Source: a virus. Taken from it: DNA of 64,000 bases. The notes under the pieces are model-generated. The model was given only the letters and a program-made list of their open reading frames with translations. It made no database searches and was not told the origin of the DNA. The position numbers and the translations under genes were made by a program. The stretch's first letter is position 1. Every line of letters begins with the position of its first letter. Shown in pieces: positions 53,624 through 62,557 of this stretch. Where the stretch lies: the IMG/VR virus record IMGVR_UViG_3300036831_000067, positions 1 to 64,000 of that record; one strand, written 5' to 3'.

Positions 53624-56082
53624 CTACCGGCGGCGAGGACTTCGTCAGTGCCCGGCTGAATTTCGAGGTGCCCGTCGAGGGCATCCAGAGCATGCGCGAG
53701 ATCAACCAGGAACTGGACCGCTTCCGCACCAACACCGAGGCGGCCGCGCGCGGCGCCGAGTCCTTCTCTCGCTACATCCATTTGATGAGCGAGGCCCAGG
53801 AGCGCGCGATCCAGATGAGCCGCAACCTGACGACCCAGATGGAGCGCATGCTGGCTGTCCAGGAGCGCATGGGTGGCACGCCCGGGGGAACCGCCGTCCC
53901 GCAGGGCCATACCCAGCCCTGGGAGGGGGTCACCACCGGCATGGGAGGCGCCGATCGCCTTCCCGTCGGTGCCACCGGGGGCCATGTCCCGGCGATGCTG
54001 GAGAGCCTGGCGGCCAACGATCCCCGGGCCTACGTCAATGCCCGGGCGGCCTGGGGCGGCCAGCGCCCCGGTGACGTACCAACGGTGTCGATCTCCGAGG
54101 ACACTCTCGACAAGCTCGCCTCGCGTCTGTCCGCGCGTGACAAGCAACAGGCCCACGAGGAGGGCAAGCACCCTCAGACTCCGCACGCTCCCCGCACCAC
54201 CAAGACCGGTGCCCCGCCCTGGGAGAGCTGGCATAACCGCGTCTCGGGCTGGACCCAGACAGCCGGATCGATGATGGGTGCGCTCGGCCCCGGAGGCAGC
54301 ACCACAGGACTGCTCAGTATGGGCGCGCGCGCGCTGCAGGGCTGGGGAACTCGACTGGCCCAGGATGACCCGTCGGTGCCCAGCGGACCTGGCGGCACCG
54401 CACCGGGTGGTCGAGGGGGAGCGGTGCCCTCGGCAGTTCCCGGTGCCCCGGGAGCACCGGGTCTTCCCGGTGGTGAAGAGCAACCCGAGCAGGCCGGTGG
54501 CAGCGGTGGCCTGGGTTTCGGGTCGGCCATGGGGATAGGTGGCGCGGCCCTGGGTATCGGTCTGGCCGGGCTGGGGCTGTTCGAGAAGGGCGGCCAGCAG
54601 GTCCAGCAGTACCGATCCCTGGGCCAGATCCGGGGTGGGGGCTTCGCCCAAGGCTTCGGGTATGAGATGCAGGCCCGGATGATGGCGCTGAATCCGTTCA
54701 TCACCAATGAGCAGTCCCGTCAGATCATCCAGAGTGCGCTCACCCAGGGTTACACCGGCAAGGAATTCGACACAGTAACTGGCTTCATGTCGAGCAATCT
54801 CAAGGACATGAACCTCTCCGTGGCGGACTCAACCAAGATACTGCAGCAGGGGGTCAAGGGCAGCAACGAATCCATCCAGGACCTGACCAAGAATTTGCAC
54901 GACAATTTGGCCGCGCAGAAAGACTTGTCGAAGACCGGCTACGAAACACTGCCCGCGCGCCAGCAGGAAATGATGCAGACCTACGGCGGCATGGTAGGGG
55001 CCGGGGTTCCTGCAGGACCGGCGGCGACGCTGGGCACGATGGCGGGCCAGTGGTTTGCCAATCAGCCCGGAATGCAGGGAATGGGTGGGCAATTAGGCGG
55101 GGCTGTCAGCGGGTCCTTGAATTTCCAGCAGATGATGCGCGAGTACGGCGGCCCCGGCGGAACCCGGATGACCAATATCCCGGGCTTCAACCCGCAGGAT
55201 CCCGGGTCCTTCATGGAGGCACTGGGCAAGGATCCCGAGCGGGCCCAGGAAGCGATATGGAATACCATGAAGCGTTTGGCGCAGATGTCCAAGGGCAACA
55301 TCTTCGTGTTCCAGGGCCTGTTGCAATCCACGTTGGGTCTCAGTCTCAATCGTCAGGACGCCGAAGCCTATTACAAGCAGGCCATGGCCGTGGGCTCAGG
55401 AAGCGATGATGATCCGATAGCCCAGGGGAAGAAGGCCGCGAAGGACGTAGAGGACCAGGCCAACAAGGGTGCTCCTAAGCCCGGTATGGGTCAACTGTTC
55501 GGGCGCGGGGGAATGGGGGCGCTGGGTTTCCTTGCCGGTGGCCTGGGCGGTCTGGGAGCCTTGGGTGCTTTGGGCCTGGGCGGTTTCGGTCTCGGCCAGA
55601 CGCTCTCGGGTCTCTTCAGCGGGGGACAGCATCAGAACATCACGACAGATGAGATCTCCAAGAGGGTCGCCGGTCTCTACGGTAGTGATGCCGAGGTGGG
55701 CAGTGGGGAAACCTGGCACGCCTTCAACCCGAACGACAAGCAGCAACTCCAGGATCTGCAGAGCGGCAAGCTGCATGTCCGGCGCCAGGGCGAGAGCGGT
55801 CCCGGTATGACGGTGGACAAGCTGCCGTCGGCGCCCCAGGGAGACACCACGACCGGTACCGGGGCGAACCGAGGGGCTACACGTACACATTCGTCCGCCC
55901 TCAGTGGCCAGTTGCACATCGTCGTCAAACCCGAGAGCATGCGCAGCGTTCTGGGAGTACCGGCCTACGTGCCGATCTCGGCCAACGAGCAGCAGGCCAA
56001 CGCGGGCTACGGGACCGCCACCAAAAACAACTCCCCGCCCGGGGACACCATCACCTCGCGCGGCGCCCGGGGAGCGTTCTGA
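53620..56082 (+). CDS. Tape measure protein (putative)
   Basis: Follows the chaperones; Gly/Ala/Gln-rich helical segments. Confidence 0.75.
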   Translation: MTTGGEDFVSARLNFEVPVEGIQSMREINQELDRFRTNTEAAARGAESFSRYIHLMSEAQERAIQMSRNLTTQMERMLAVQERMGGTPGGTAVPQGHTQPWEGVTTGMGGADRLPVGATGGHVPAMLESLAANDPRAYVNARAAWGGQRPGDVPTVSISEDTLDKLASRLSARDKQQAHEEGKHPQTPHAPRTTKTGAPPWESWHNRVSGWTQTAGSMMGALGPGGSTTGLLSMGARALQGWGTRLAQDDPSVPSGPGGTAPGGRGGAVPSAVPGAPGAPGLPGGEEQPEQAGGSGGLGFGSAMGIGGAALGIGLAGLGLFEKGGQQVQQYRSLGQIRGGGFAQGFGYEMQARMMALNPFITNEQSRQIIQSALTQGYTGKEFDTVTGFMSSNLKDMNLSVADSTKILQQGVKGSNESIQDLTKNLHDNLAAQKDLSKTGYETLPARQQEMMQTYGGMVGAGVPAGPAATLGTMAGQWFANQPGMQGMGGQLGGAVSGSLNFQQMMREYGGPGGTRMTNIPGFNPQDPGSFMEALGKDPERAQEAIWNTMKRLAQMSKGNIFVFQGLLQSTLGLSLNRQDAEAYYKQAMAVGSGSDDDPIAQGKKAAKDVEDQANKGAPKPGMGQLFGRGGMGALGFLAGGLGGLGALGALGLGGFGLGQTLSGLFSGGQHQNITTDEISKRVAGLYGSDAEVGSGETWHAFNPNDKQQLQDLQSGKLHVRRQGESGPGMTVDKLPSAPQGDTTTGTGANRGATRTHSSALSGQLHIVVKPESMRSVLGVPAYVPISANEQQANAGYGTATKNNSPPGDTITSRGARGAF

Positions 56083-56999
56083 TGCCGCTGCCCACATTCG
56101 TCGGATCAGGTGGTACCGGTACACCTTCCAGTGGTGCCCCGCCCCCGATCGTGCCGAACTTCCCCTACATGCCGGTGGCCGCACCCTTCGGCTATTCGGG
56201 TACAGAGTTCGCCTCTCCGCAGCGCGGGATCGCCTCCCTGACGTTCTCCGGACGCACCTGGCGGTTCCGGACCAACCCCAACACCATCACCTGGTCCTAC
56301 TCCCTGGTCACCAACACTGACCAAACCTACGGGGGCAGGGTCATCCAGATCCTGGCCACCAAGATCGATGACCTGATCGTGCGGGTGGAGTGTGGTAACG
56401 GTGGCTGGGCCTACAACGAGGCGCTGGTCCTGTTCATCCGGGATCTGCTGGTGTCCCAGCGCAATCCGATGGCTCCTCCGGCGACGTTCGAGTACACCAC
56501 CCGCAACTGGAAGTTCAACGTCTACGGGTTGAGCATTCCGTTCCAGGACCAGGTCACCGCCACGGTGCGTGAGCTGGAGCTGCACTTCAAGGTCCAGGAG
56601 GACGTCTCCGGAGTGGTCTCGGGTGCGATCCTGGACGCCACCCTGGCGCAGATGCAGGACGGCATCGGCTTCACCCGCAACCAGTACAACAGCGTCAATG
56701 CACCGTTCAGTTGGAACGGCCAGACCTCCTCGGGAACTCCGCCCCCGGCGGCGGCGCCTCTGCCCGCACCCAAACCGACCGACCCGGCCATTACCGGGCC
56801 AACGACCACCATTCCGACACCGCCGACAACACCCGCCGTCCCCAATCCCGCGACGAACCCCAGCGCTGGCCAGACATTCCAGCCCGGCGTGGGTGGCCAC
56901 GGGCTTCCGGCACTGCCGCCCGGGGCCAGCTGGGTCGAGAACCCCGACGGCACTTACACCATGGTGAACGTGCCTACAGGTACAGGACCTTTCATCTAA
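56082..56999 (+). CDS. Baseplate / tube-initiator-like protein
   Basis: FRTNPNTITWSY...QTYGGRVIQ; synteny. Confidence 0.7.
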   Translation: MPLPTFVGSGGTGTPSSGAPPPIVPNFPYMPVAAPFGYSGTEFASPQRGIASLTFSGRTWRFRTNPNTITWSYSLVTNTDQTYGGRVIQILATKIDDLIVRVECGNGGWAYNEALVLFIRDLLVSQRNPMAPPATFEYTTRNWKFNVYGLSIPFQDQVTATVRELELHFKVQEDVSGVVSGAILDATLAQMQDGIGFTRNQYNSVNAPFSWNGQTSSGTPPPAAAPLPAPKPTDPAITGPTTTIPTPPTTPAVPNPATNPSAGQTFQPGVGGHGLPALPPGASWVENPDGTYTMVNVPTGTGPFI

Positions 57000-57018
57000 G
57001 AACGAAGGAGACGGTGTC

Positions 57019-57192
57019 TTGAGTGGATACGTCAGTAATGTCCCGATCTCGCGCCCTGTGGTGCTGCCCAATTTCCCGCCCGACGTCGACCTCAACGGTA
57101 TCGGGTTCAACTACAACATCGGATTGCTGTACCAGGTGTTCTCTGACCCGCCGTTGATCCGGCTCCCCGCACCCCAACCGCAGCAGCCATGA
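57019..57192 (+). CDS. 57-aa protein (not in the ORF track)
   Basis: AAGGAG RBS; TTG start; ATGA overlap with the next gene. Confidence 0.65.
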   Translation: MSGYVSNVPISRPVVLPNFPPDVDLNGIGFNYNIGLLYQVFSDPPLIRLPAPQPQQP

Positions 57193-57758
57193 GCCAGCTC
57201 TACGTCCGCACCACCTACGCCGGGCAATTCGCTCTGAACGTGCTCAACTTCCAGTCGCCGCTGTTCGGGACGATGATGAGCGCCCAGACCAAGAGGATGG
57301 CGGTGTACTTCCCGATCAAGGCCCAGCAGCCTGAGATCGAGTTCGAGGTCATCTTCGCCAGCGTCGGCGATTACCAGGCCTTCCAGGACTTCGTGCGCAC
57401 CACTCAGCTCAACGCCCTGTCCAACGACACCGAGCCCGGAGTCACCTTGTGGTGGCCGCAGCGCAACATCCTGAACTGGTCGGGGACCATCCGTCAGTTC
57501 GCCGGTGGCGGCCAGCGGTTTGTTTATGCCCCCCGTGCCCGGTTCGTCGTTGACCTGGTGGACTCGCTGACGTCTCAGCGCACCACTGTCTCCTCGACGG
57601 CCCCCATCTTCGACACCGTCTTCGGGTTGGGCAGCCCCGAGGGGGAGATGCAGTTGCCCAACACGTCGGGAGACACCGGGGGCGCCCCTGGGCTCGTGAC
57701 GCCACCACCGTCCCCGGCATTACCCGGGCTGGGGCAATCGGCAGGAATACCGGTATGA
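57189..57758 (+). CDS. Baseplate / minor tail protein
   Basis: Synteny. Confidence 0.7.
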   Translation: MSQLYVRTTYAGQFALNVLNFQSPLFGTMMSAQTKRMAVYFPIKAQQPEIEFEVIFASVGDYQAFQDFVRTTQLNALSNDTEPGVTLWWPQRNILNWSGTIRQFAGGGQRFVYAPRARFVVDLVDSLTSQRTTVSSTAPIFDTVFGLGSPEGEMQLPNTSGDTGGAPGLVTPPPSPALPGLGQSAGIPV

Positions 57759-60700
57759 CAGTCACTCCCGGCAGCCCGGGCAACGATCCCGGCATCGTCG
57801 GCAATGTGGGTACGCCCCCCACGGCAACCAATCCGTTCGGCAACAGCTTCGTCCAGACCCCGGTCAACGGAACGCCGGGCAGTTCGTCAGGGGCCCATCC
57901 CGCGCCGCCGTTCTATGTACCGCCGGGTCAGCAGACCCAGATCGGCAACACCACCCCGCCGCCCGAACGCACGTTGGTCTATTCGCCGGATGTTCGTATT
58001 CTCGTCGCTCACAACGGTCAGCAGATCGACGTCAGCAACGATCTCGTCCGGGGCACCCTGATTCGCAAGGAGAATGCCGCCTCGACGCTGCTGTGGACCT
58101 GTCACAACAAGGGCCTGCGCTACACCAACGGGGGGCTCGGGAACCAGCCCCTGCTTTCCCGGATGGACCGGGTGACCTGCTACATGAAGCGGGCGGGCAA
58201 TTGGGTCCAGACCTTCTCCGGGTACCTGGACAGCATCCCCTACCTGCAGCTCTACCCCGGACTGGTGGACTTCAAGGCCACCTGCACGCTCAAGCGATTG
58301 TTGTGCAGCTGGTGGAATCCCGGCCTTCCTGAGTCGGCATCTCTGCTGAACCAGTACGCCAACGAAACGCAGGAAACAGCCGGGGACGGGCAAGTGACCC
58401 TCGACGTTGGCATGGGTTCCATGCTGCGCGACATCCTGATCAAGGTGGGCGGGTGGGCACCCCAGAATGTCCACATCCAGAACTTCCCGCAGGGTTTCCT
58501 GGATCTGCTGGATGCCCAGGAGAAGCAGCAGCCCGCCAACAACCAGCAGGCCACCAACTTCCGCCAGATGCTCGAGGGCAACGTCAGCACCCCGGCGCCC
58601 GGGCAGATGGCCGGATACAACTCCTCGGCCGGACCTCCCGGGCCCGCCGGTTCACCCGGTCTTGCCGGTGCGGGTCCCGTCGGGTCGGGGACGATGTTCT
58701 ATGTCGGTGAGATCATCGCGGCCACCGACCTCGCGGGTATGGGTCCCAATGTCCAGGACCAGAACCTGGCGCGCGGCCTGCAAACTGTGTCCACGACCGG
58801 CGAGGGATCCCGCGACAATGCCACCAAGGAGGCCTTTCAGCAGACCCAGAACGTGGCGACTTACTATGCCGCGTCGACCCGTAACACCGACGCCGCCATT
58901 ATCGCGACGGCGACCGCGATGTGGGAAAGCACCAATGGACCCGCGATCAGGAATTTGTATAACCCGGCCCGGCCCGATTCGCAGCAATACAAGAATGACG
59001 GGCCGGGATATGACACCCGTGCGTGCGGGATTTTTCAGCAGGAAGACAATGGTGCGTGGGGCACCACCGCCGAGCAGATGAATCCCCGTCAGGCGGCCTC
59101 CATGTTTCTCGCGGCGCTCAACAAATTCGACTGGAAGAATATGGACCCCGGGGTGGTGGCCTATGACGTGCAGCAGGCCCTGAACCCCTCCACGTACTCG
59201 GCCGGGGTCGACGGTCTCATCCCCGCCGCGACCACGGCGGTCCAGACCCTCCGCAAGACCCAGGCGGGGGCGACCAGCTCCGTGGTGCCCGCCGTGTCGA
59301 ATCCCTTGAGTAATGTGGCGTCCTCGACGGCCCCCGCCTTGGGCATAGGGGGCACCGGCGCGACCAATACCCCGGGGGCCACACCGGTTGTGCCCGTTTC
59401 CACCGGGAGCTTGGTCGGCAAGCCCAACCCCGATTCGGAGGGGGCGATCAACTGGGCGATCACCCAGCTCGGGAAGCCCTATCACTACGGTGCCGCCGGA
59501 CCTGATTCCTGGGACTGCTCGTCTCTTCTTCAGGGTGCCTTCAGGTCTATCGGCCGGGAGATTGGCCGTGACACTTGGCACCAGCAGACCTCCGGCATCC
59601 CCATTTCCCCGTCCGCGATCAAACGTGGGGACGCACTGCAGTGTGAGGGCGGTGACCACACCATGCTGTGGCTGGGGGACGGCACCATCATCGAGGCCTC
59701 CACCGACGGAGTTCCGGTGCACCGGGTCAATGCCTATGTGCAGCCCGCGCAGGCCTTCGGGATCTACCGTTACGCCGACAACGGTGGTCCCGATCCCAGT
59801 GCCCCGTTCGATCACACCGCTTCACCCGGGCCCGGTAATCCTCCCTATACGGGGTATTCCACCACGACGGGTGCGGCGGCCGGAGCAACTCAGGAGGGCA
59901 TCGCCCAAAACCTTTTCGCCTACATCTTCGACCCGTCGCGATTCTTGACCTACACGTCGCAGATGTACGCGTCGGTCCCCGAAAAGGATTTCATCGACGC
60001 GCAGCCCCTCATCCAAATGGTGCAGTCGATATCCGGTGCGTGTCTGCGAAATTTCGCCAGCGCACCCAACGGTGATTTCATCGCTTACTACCCCGATTTT
60101 TTCGGGATGGACGGAAAGCCCGCCGTCTTCACCCTGGAGGACATCGAACTCAAAGACCTGACGATGAACTTCAGCGACGACGCGTTGGCCACCCACGTTT
60201 ATGTCAATGCCGCCGACACCCCGCAGGGTCTGGAGAACCAGACCATGGGGTGGCTGAAGAGCCTGGGCTACGCCACGGTGGAGAACACGCTGCTTTATCA
60301 GCGGATGCGCCTGGTGGCTCCCGGTGACTTGGAGAACATGAGCGGCCAAGACCTGATGAAGCGCTTTGGGGTGCGCCCGCTGCAGGTCACCTACGGGACG
60401 GTCATGGCCGGTGGCGGGCTGGACTTTCTGATGGCGGTGCGCATCTTCATGACCAAGTGGGCCGAGCAGTACCAAAGCTCGATCGCCATGACGTTCATGC
60501 CGGACCTGTTCCCCAGCATGCGGGTGCAGCTGTCCGGGCATAACATCCAGTTCTACGTCAGCGAGGTCACCCATCACTTCGACTTCGAGCAGGGGTTCAC
60601 CACTTCGGTGGTCGCAACTGCGCCGAGCAACCCCAATGTGCGCAACCTGTGGCCCACCAGCAATTCTCAGGTGCCCCCCGTTCAAGGAGGGCTGGGCTCC

Positions 60701-60784
60701 ATAGTGAACGCCGCTGCCGATGCCCTGACCGCAGGGCTGGCCGCCGCCGTGTCTTTGGCCTCCGACATCGCGGCCCCGGGATGA
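57755..60784 (+). CDS. Baseplate hub with lysozyme-like and NlpC/P60 domains
   Basis: MWES...GIFQQ..WG..EQMNP; QLGKPYHYGAAGPDSWDCSSL...DHTML; hub C-terminus YVSEVTHHF.FEQGFTT. Confidence 0.88.
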   Translation: MTVTPGSPGNDPGIVGNVGTPPTATNPFGNSFVQTPVNGTPGSSSGAHPAPPFYVPPGQQTQIGNTTPPPERTLVYSPDVRILVAHNGQQIDVSNDLVRGTLIRKENAASTLLWTCHNKGLRYTNGGLGNQPLLSRMDRVTCYMKRAGNWVQTFSGYLDSIPYLQLYPGLVDFKATCTLKRLLCSWWNPGLPESASLLNQYANETQETAGDGQVTLDVGMGSMLRDILIKVGGWAPQNVHIQNFPQGFLDLLDAQEKQQPANNQQATNFRQMLEGNVSTPAPGQMAGYNSSAGPPGPAGSPGLAGAGPVGSGTMFYVGEIIAATDLAGMGPNVQDQNLARGLQTVSTTGEGSRDNATKEAFQQTQNVATYYAASTRNTDAAIIATATAMWESTNGPAIRNLYNPARPDSQQYKNDGPGYDTRACGIFQQEDNGAWGTTAEQMNPRQAASMFLAALNKFDWKNMDPGVVAYDVQQALNPSTYSAGVDGLIPAATTAVQTLRKTQAGATSSVVPAVSNPLSNVASSTAPALGIGGTGATNTPGATPVVPVSTGSLVGKPNPDSEGAINWAITQLGKPYHYGAAGPDSWDCSSLLQGAFRSIGREIGRDTWHQQTSGIPISPSAIKRGDALQCEGGDHTMLWLGDGTIIEASTDGVPVHRVNAYVQPAQAFGIYRYADNGGPDPSAPFDHTASPGPGNPPYTGYSTTTGAAAGATQEGIAQNLFAYIFDPSRFLTYTSQMYASVPEKDFIDAQPLIQMVQSISGACLRNFASAPNGDFIAYYPDFFGMDGKPAVFTLEDIELKDLTMNFSDDALATHVYVNAADTPQGLENQTMGWLKSLGYATVENTLLYQRMRLVAPGDLENMSGQDLMKRFGVRPLQVTYGTVMAGGGLDFLMAVRIFMTKWAEQYQSSIAMTFMPDLFPSMRVQLSGHNIQFYVSEVTHHFDFEQGFTTSVVATAPSNPNVRNLWPTSNSQVPPVQGGLGSIVNAAADALTAGLAAAVSLASDIAAPG

Positions 60785-61272
60785 CCAATCCCGGATATTC
60801 CCGCGTGCAGCCCACCGCGAACCGGATCCAGCCGGTGGGCATCGTAGCCGTCGACCCGGCCAGTAACACCGCCACGGCGATGACCCTTCAGCGCTCACAG
60901 CTCTCGGTGGACCTGCGCTGGCATGTGGGCTCGGTGCAGGTCACCCCCTCGGTCGGGGAGCAGTGGCTCATCCGCTACCTGGTTACCCCGATCGGTTCCT
61001 ACTGGGTACTGGACTCCAAGATCCCGTTCGGCACCGCCGAAACCCTCACCCCGGTCACCGAGGGTCAACAGCAGATCGGTAACGGCCGGGGGCCGATCCA
61101 GCTGCTCGGTACCCAGATCAACGTCAACGGCCCGCTGGGGGTCCAGGCGGTGACCACGGCCGAGCGGCCCACCGGCGCCCCGGCCGGAACTCATCTCTTC
61201 GACACCACCCTCAACAAGCCGATCTGGTCCACGGGCACCGGGTGGGTGGATGGGTCAGGGACTGCCGTATAG
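60781..61272 (+). CDS. Baseplate spike-like protein
   Basis: OB-fold-like PSVGEQWLI; C-terminal TTAERP...FDTTLNKPIW. Confidence 0.7.
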   Translation: MTNPGYSRVQPTANRIQPVGIVAVDPASNTATAMTLQRSQLSVDLRWHVGSVQVTPSVGEQWLIRYLVTPIGSYWVLDSKIPFGTAETLTPVTEGQQQIGNGRGPIQLLGTQINVNGPLGVQAVTTAERPTGAPAGTHLFDTTLNKPIWSTGTGWVDGSGTAV

Positions 61273-61274
61273 AC

Positions 61275-61306
61275 CTGTAGCGGTCCAATTTTCCGACCAT
61301 AAAGGG
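61275..61306 (+). promoter_or_regulatory. Late-class motif CTGT-N23-AAGGG
   Basis: CTGTAG...ATAAAGGG. Confidence 0.75.
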
Positions 61307-61323
61307 AGAGAGGAGACGTTGCG

Positions 61324-61770
61324 GTGACCTTCAGCCTCGCTTTGAAGAATGGCGATCTCGTTTTATCCGGGTCCAATTTGGCGATCGTCTCGGGATCGGA
61401 CAAATTACAGCAGGACATGACGTGCTGGCTCGAAGAGCGTCTCGGCGTCGACCGTTTTCATCCCCGCTACGGGTCGATTCTGCCGAACTTCATCGGTGGA
61501 ATCGTCAACTTGTCCACCCAGGCGGCCGTGCAGGGTGAGGTGGACCGGGTGCTGGGCAACTATCAGGCCGTGCAGCAGCAGGCCTTCAAGAACAACCCGC
61601 AGCTGTTCAGCCTCGTCGAATTGCTCAGCGGTCTGACCGGGATCGACGTCGGGATCAATTACGACACCGTGAGTGTGGCCGTTTCGGTGACCACCGGCAC
61701 CAACTCGTTCGTCTCCATTATCTCCTCGACAAGCACCACCGGGTCGAGCACATCCACATCGAATAGTTAA
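61324..61770 (+). CDS. Baseplate wedge, gp25-like
   Basis: NGDLVL...V.G.DKLQQD...E.LG.DRFHPRYGS. Confidence 0.85.
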   Translation: MTFSLALKNGDLVLSGSNLAIVSGSDKLQQDMTCWLEERLGVDRFHPRYGSILPNFIGGIVNLSTQAAVQGEVDRVLGNYQAVQQQAFKNNPQLFSLVELLSGLTGIDVGINYDTVSVAVSVTTGTNSFVSIISSTSTTGSSTSTSNS

Positions 61771-61786
61771 CAGAGGGTCGGCACAA

Positions 61787-62557
61787 GTGGCTATGCCGGT
61801 GGGGTTCAAACACAGTGCAGAGACGCGCGTCCGCATGTCGGCTGCTCACAAGGGGAGGGTCAAGACCCCTGAGCATCAGGCCAAAATCACGGCAACGCTG
61901 CGGGCGCTTCCTCCTCGTGGTTTGGAACACCGACGTAAGTTGTCCGAGGTTGGCAGAGGGAGGCGTCACTCGCCCGAAACCAGGGCCAAGATGTCGGCGA
62001 CGCACAAGATCCTCGTCAAGACACCCGAACATTGTGCCAACATCTCGAAGGCCAAAAGGGGTGTCCCCCAGCGTGTTCCTCAATCGGCCGAGCAACGAGA
62101 GAAAAATCGATTGGCTCAGTTGGGGAACAAGAGAGCCAGGGGATACAAGAACACCCCAGAGGCTTGTGCTCGCACCAGTGAGCGCATGAAGAAGATGTGG
62201 GCCGAGGGAAAATTTGAGGGGGAGTCACGTCCTTATTGGGGTAAATCTGCTGGTATCCATGCTGGAGTGGAGATGAGATGTCTTAATTCCGAAGGTGTTT
62301 TTGCTCAGGATTGTGAAGCTAATGGAATCGCTTGGCTCTATGAACCTCGGCGCTTCAAGTTGTCCTGGTGTTGCTATACCCCAGACTTCTATCTTCCTGA
62401 GTTCGACATCTGGATAGAGGTTAAGGGCCGTCCCGGGCAACCAGGAAACTGGACTAGGAAAATCGAAACATTTAGGGCTGAGACAGGCAAGACGTTGATT
62501 TTAGTGTTCCAGAACGAATTGTCGTCAGCTAAGTATGTAGGTGATCAAAATTTCTAG
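61787..62557 (+). CDS. NUMOD3-repeat PD-(D/E)XK homing endonuclease
   Basis: Repeated H(S/T).E.R.KMS..H.G motifs; YEP...YTPDFYLPEFDIWIEVKG; AT-richer DNA. Confidence 0.88.
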   Translation: MAMPVGFKHSAETRVRMSAAHKGRVKTPEHQAKITATLRALPPRGLEHRRKLSEVGRGRRHSPETRAKMSATHKILVKTPEHCANISKAKRGVPQRVPQSAEQREKNRLAQLGNKRARGYKNTPEACARTSERMKKMWAEGKFEGESRPYWGKSAGIHAGVEMRCLNSEGVFAQDCEANGIAWLYEPRRFKLSWCCYTPDFYLPEFDIWIEVKGRPGQPGNWTRKIETFRAETGKTLILVFQNELSSAKYVGDQNF

